Of a stretch of DNA of 47,967 bases, positions 47,380 to 47,967 are shown in pieces. The position numbers were made by a program, and so were the translations under genes. The notes beneath the pieces were generated by a model. The model was not told the DNA's origin. It searched no databases and was given only the letters and a program-made list of their open reading frames with translations. The stretch is from Octopus bimaculoides (lineage: Eukaryota), in NCBI RefSeq assembly GCF_001194135.2, contig NC_069000.1, forward strand, positions 18,309,466 to 18,357,432. Reading direction: 5' to 3'. The first letter of the stretch is position 1, and every line of letters starts with the position of its first letter.

Positions 47380-47760
47380 TAACGGTATTGGTGGTAGTGG
47401 AAGAGGTATGTGATTGTCGTAGTGGTGGTACGTGGTAGTGATGGTATGTGGTAATGGTTATGGTAGTGATGGTACCATTTGTAGTAAGAATGGTAGAGAT
47501 GGTTGTGGTAGTATGTAGTGATACTGGTGATGGTGTCGGTGGTAGTGATTCTAAATGGCGGTGGTGATGGTAGCATTTGTGGTAGAGATAGTTGTGGTGA
47601 TGGTGTTGATGGTGGTATGTGGTAGTGGTGGTGTGATGGTCGTATATGCAGTTATAATGGTAGTGATGGTTGGGGTATGTGGTGTTGATGGTGGTAATAA
47701 TTCTAGTGGTAATGATTGTTGTTGTTGTTGTTGTTGTTGTGGTGGTGGTGGTGGTACGCG
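47380..47760. repeat. Degenerate (GGT/GAT/GTT)n low-complexity tract
   Basis: Direct reading; source of ORFs 47145..47576 and 47555..47764. Confidence 0.85.
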
Positions 47761-47932
47761 ATAGTAGTGAGAATATTTTGTGGTTTTATGGTGACGATGG
47801 TGGTGGTGAACATAGGTCAGTTTTTCTCATAGGAAGGGGGCTGTGAGGATCGAGCAAAAAGAGGGCAGACGAATTGTCATATTTGGTAAATAGAATTAAA
47901 ATATAAGCTTCACCAGCGATATGAGGAAGTAA

Positions 47933-47967
47933 TTAGGCGGCGAGCTGGTGGAACCGTTAGCACGCTG
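47933..47967 (+). mobile_element. Start of a main-family SINE at the window edge
   Basis: TAGGCGGCGAGCTGGTGGAACCGTTAGCACGCTG. Confidence 0.75.

Overview
AT-rich, microsatellite-dense eukaryotic DNA. I recognise the SINE and LINE families as octopus (coleoid cephalopod); this is recognition, not a database search. Two small N-gaps indicate a draft assembly. Host genes: (1) on +, the terminal exon of a HEAT-repeat gene, probably MROH1, at 4155-4237; (2) on -, a convergent unidentified gene whose last three exons (17675-17567, 16326-16285, 14555-14133) splice into one open frame and are followed by AATAAA. The rest is layered decayed mobile DNA: tRNA-derived SINEs; RTE, R4/Dong-type and CR1 LINE fragments; Penelope-like element (PLE) fragments; a Helitron; hAT elements and MITEs; and a Gypsy remnant with a nested solo LTR. 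The most notable signal is four minimal hammerhead-ribozyme-like motifs from three repeat families between 15.7 and 21.8 kb. Two of them sit in a tRNA-headed SINE inserted as a 499-bp head-to-head palindrome in an intron, which suggests a Pol III SINE carrying a Penelope-type hammerhead tail. Also notable: a poly(A) retroposon with a single ORF that shares its 3' tail with the main SINE, a 71-bp hAT element with perfect TIRs and TSD, and a CpG-depletion boundary near 27 kb. There is no CRISPR array, rRNA or intact tRNA gene. Boundaries of decayed repeats are approximate.
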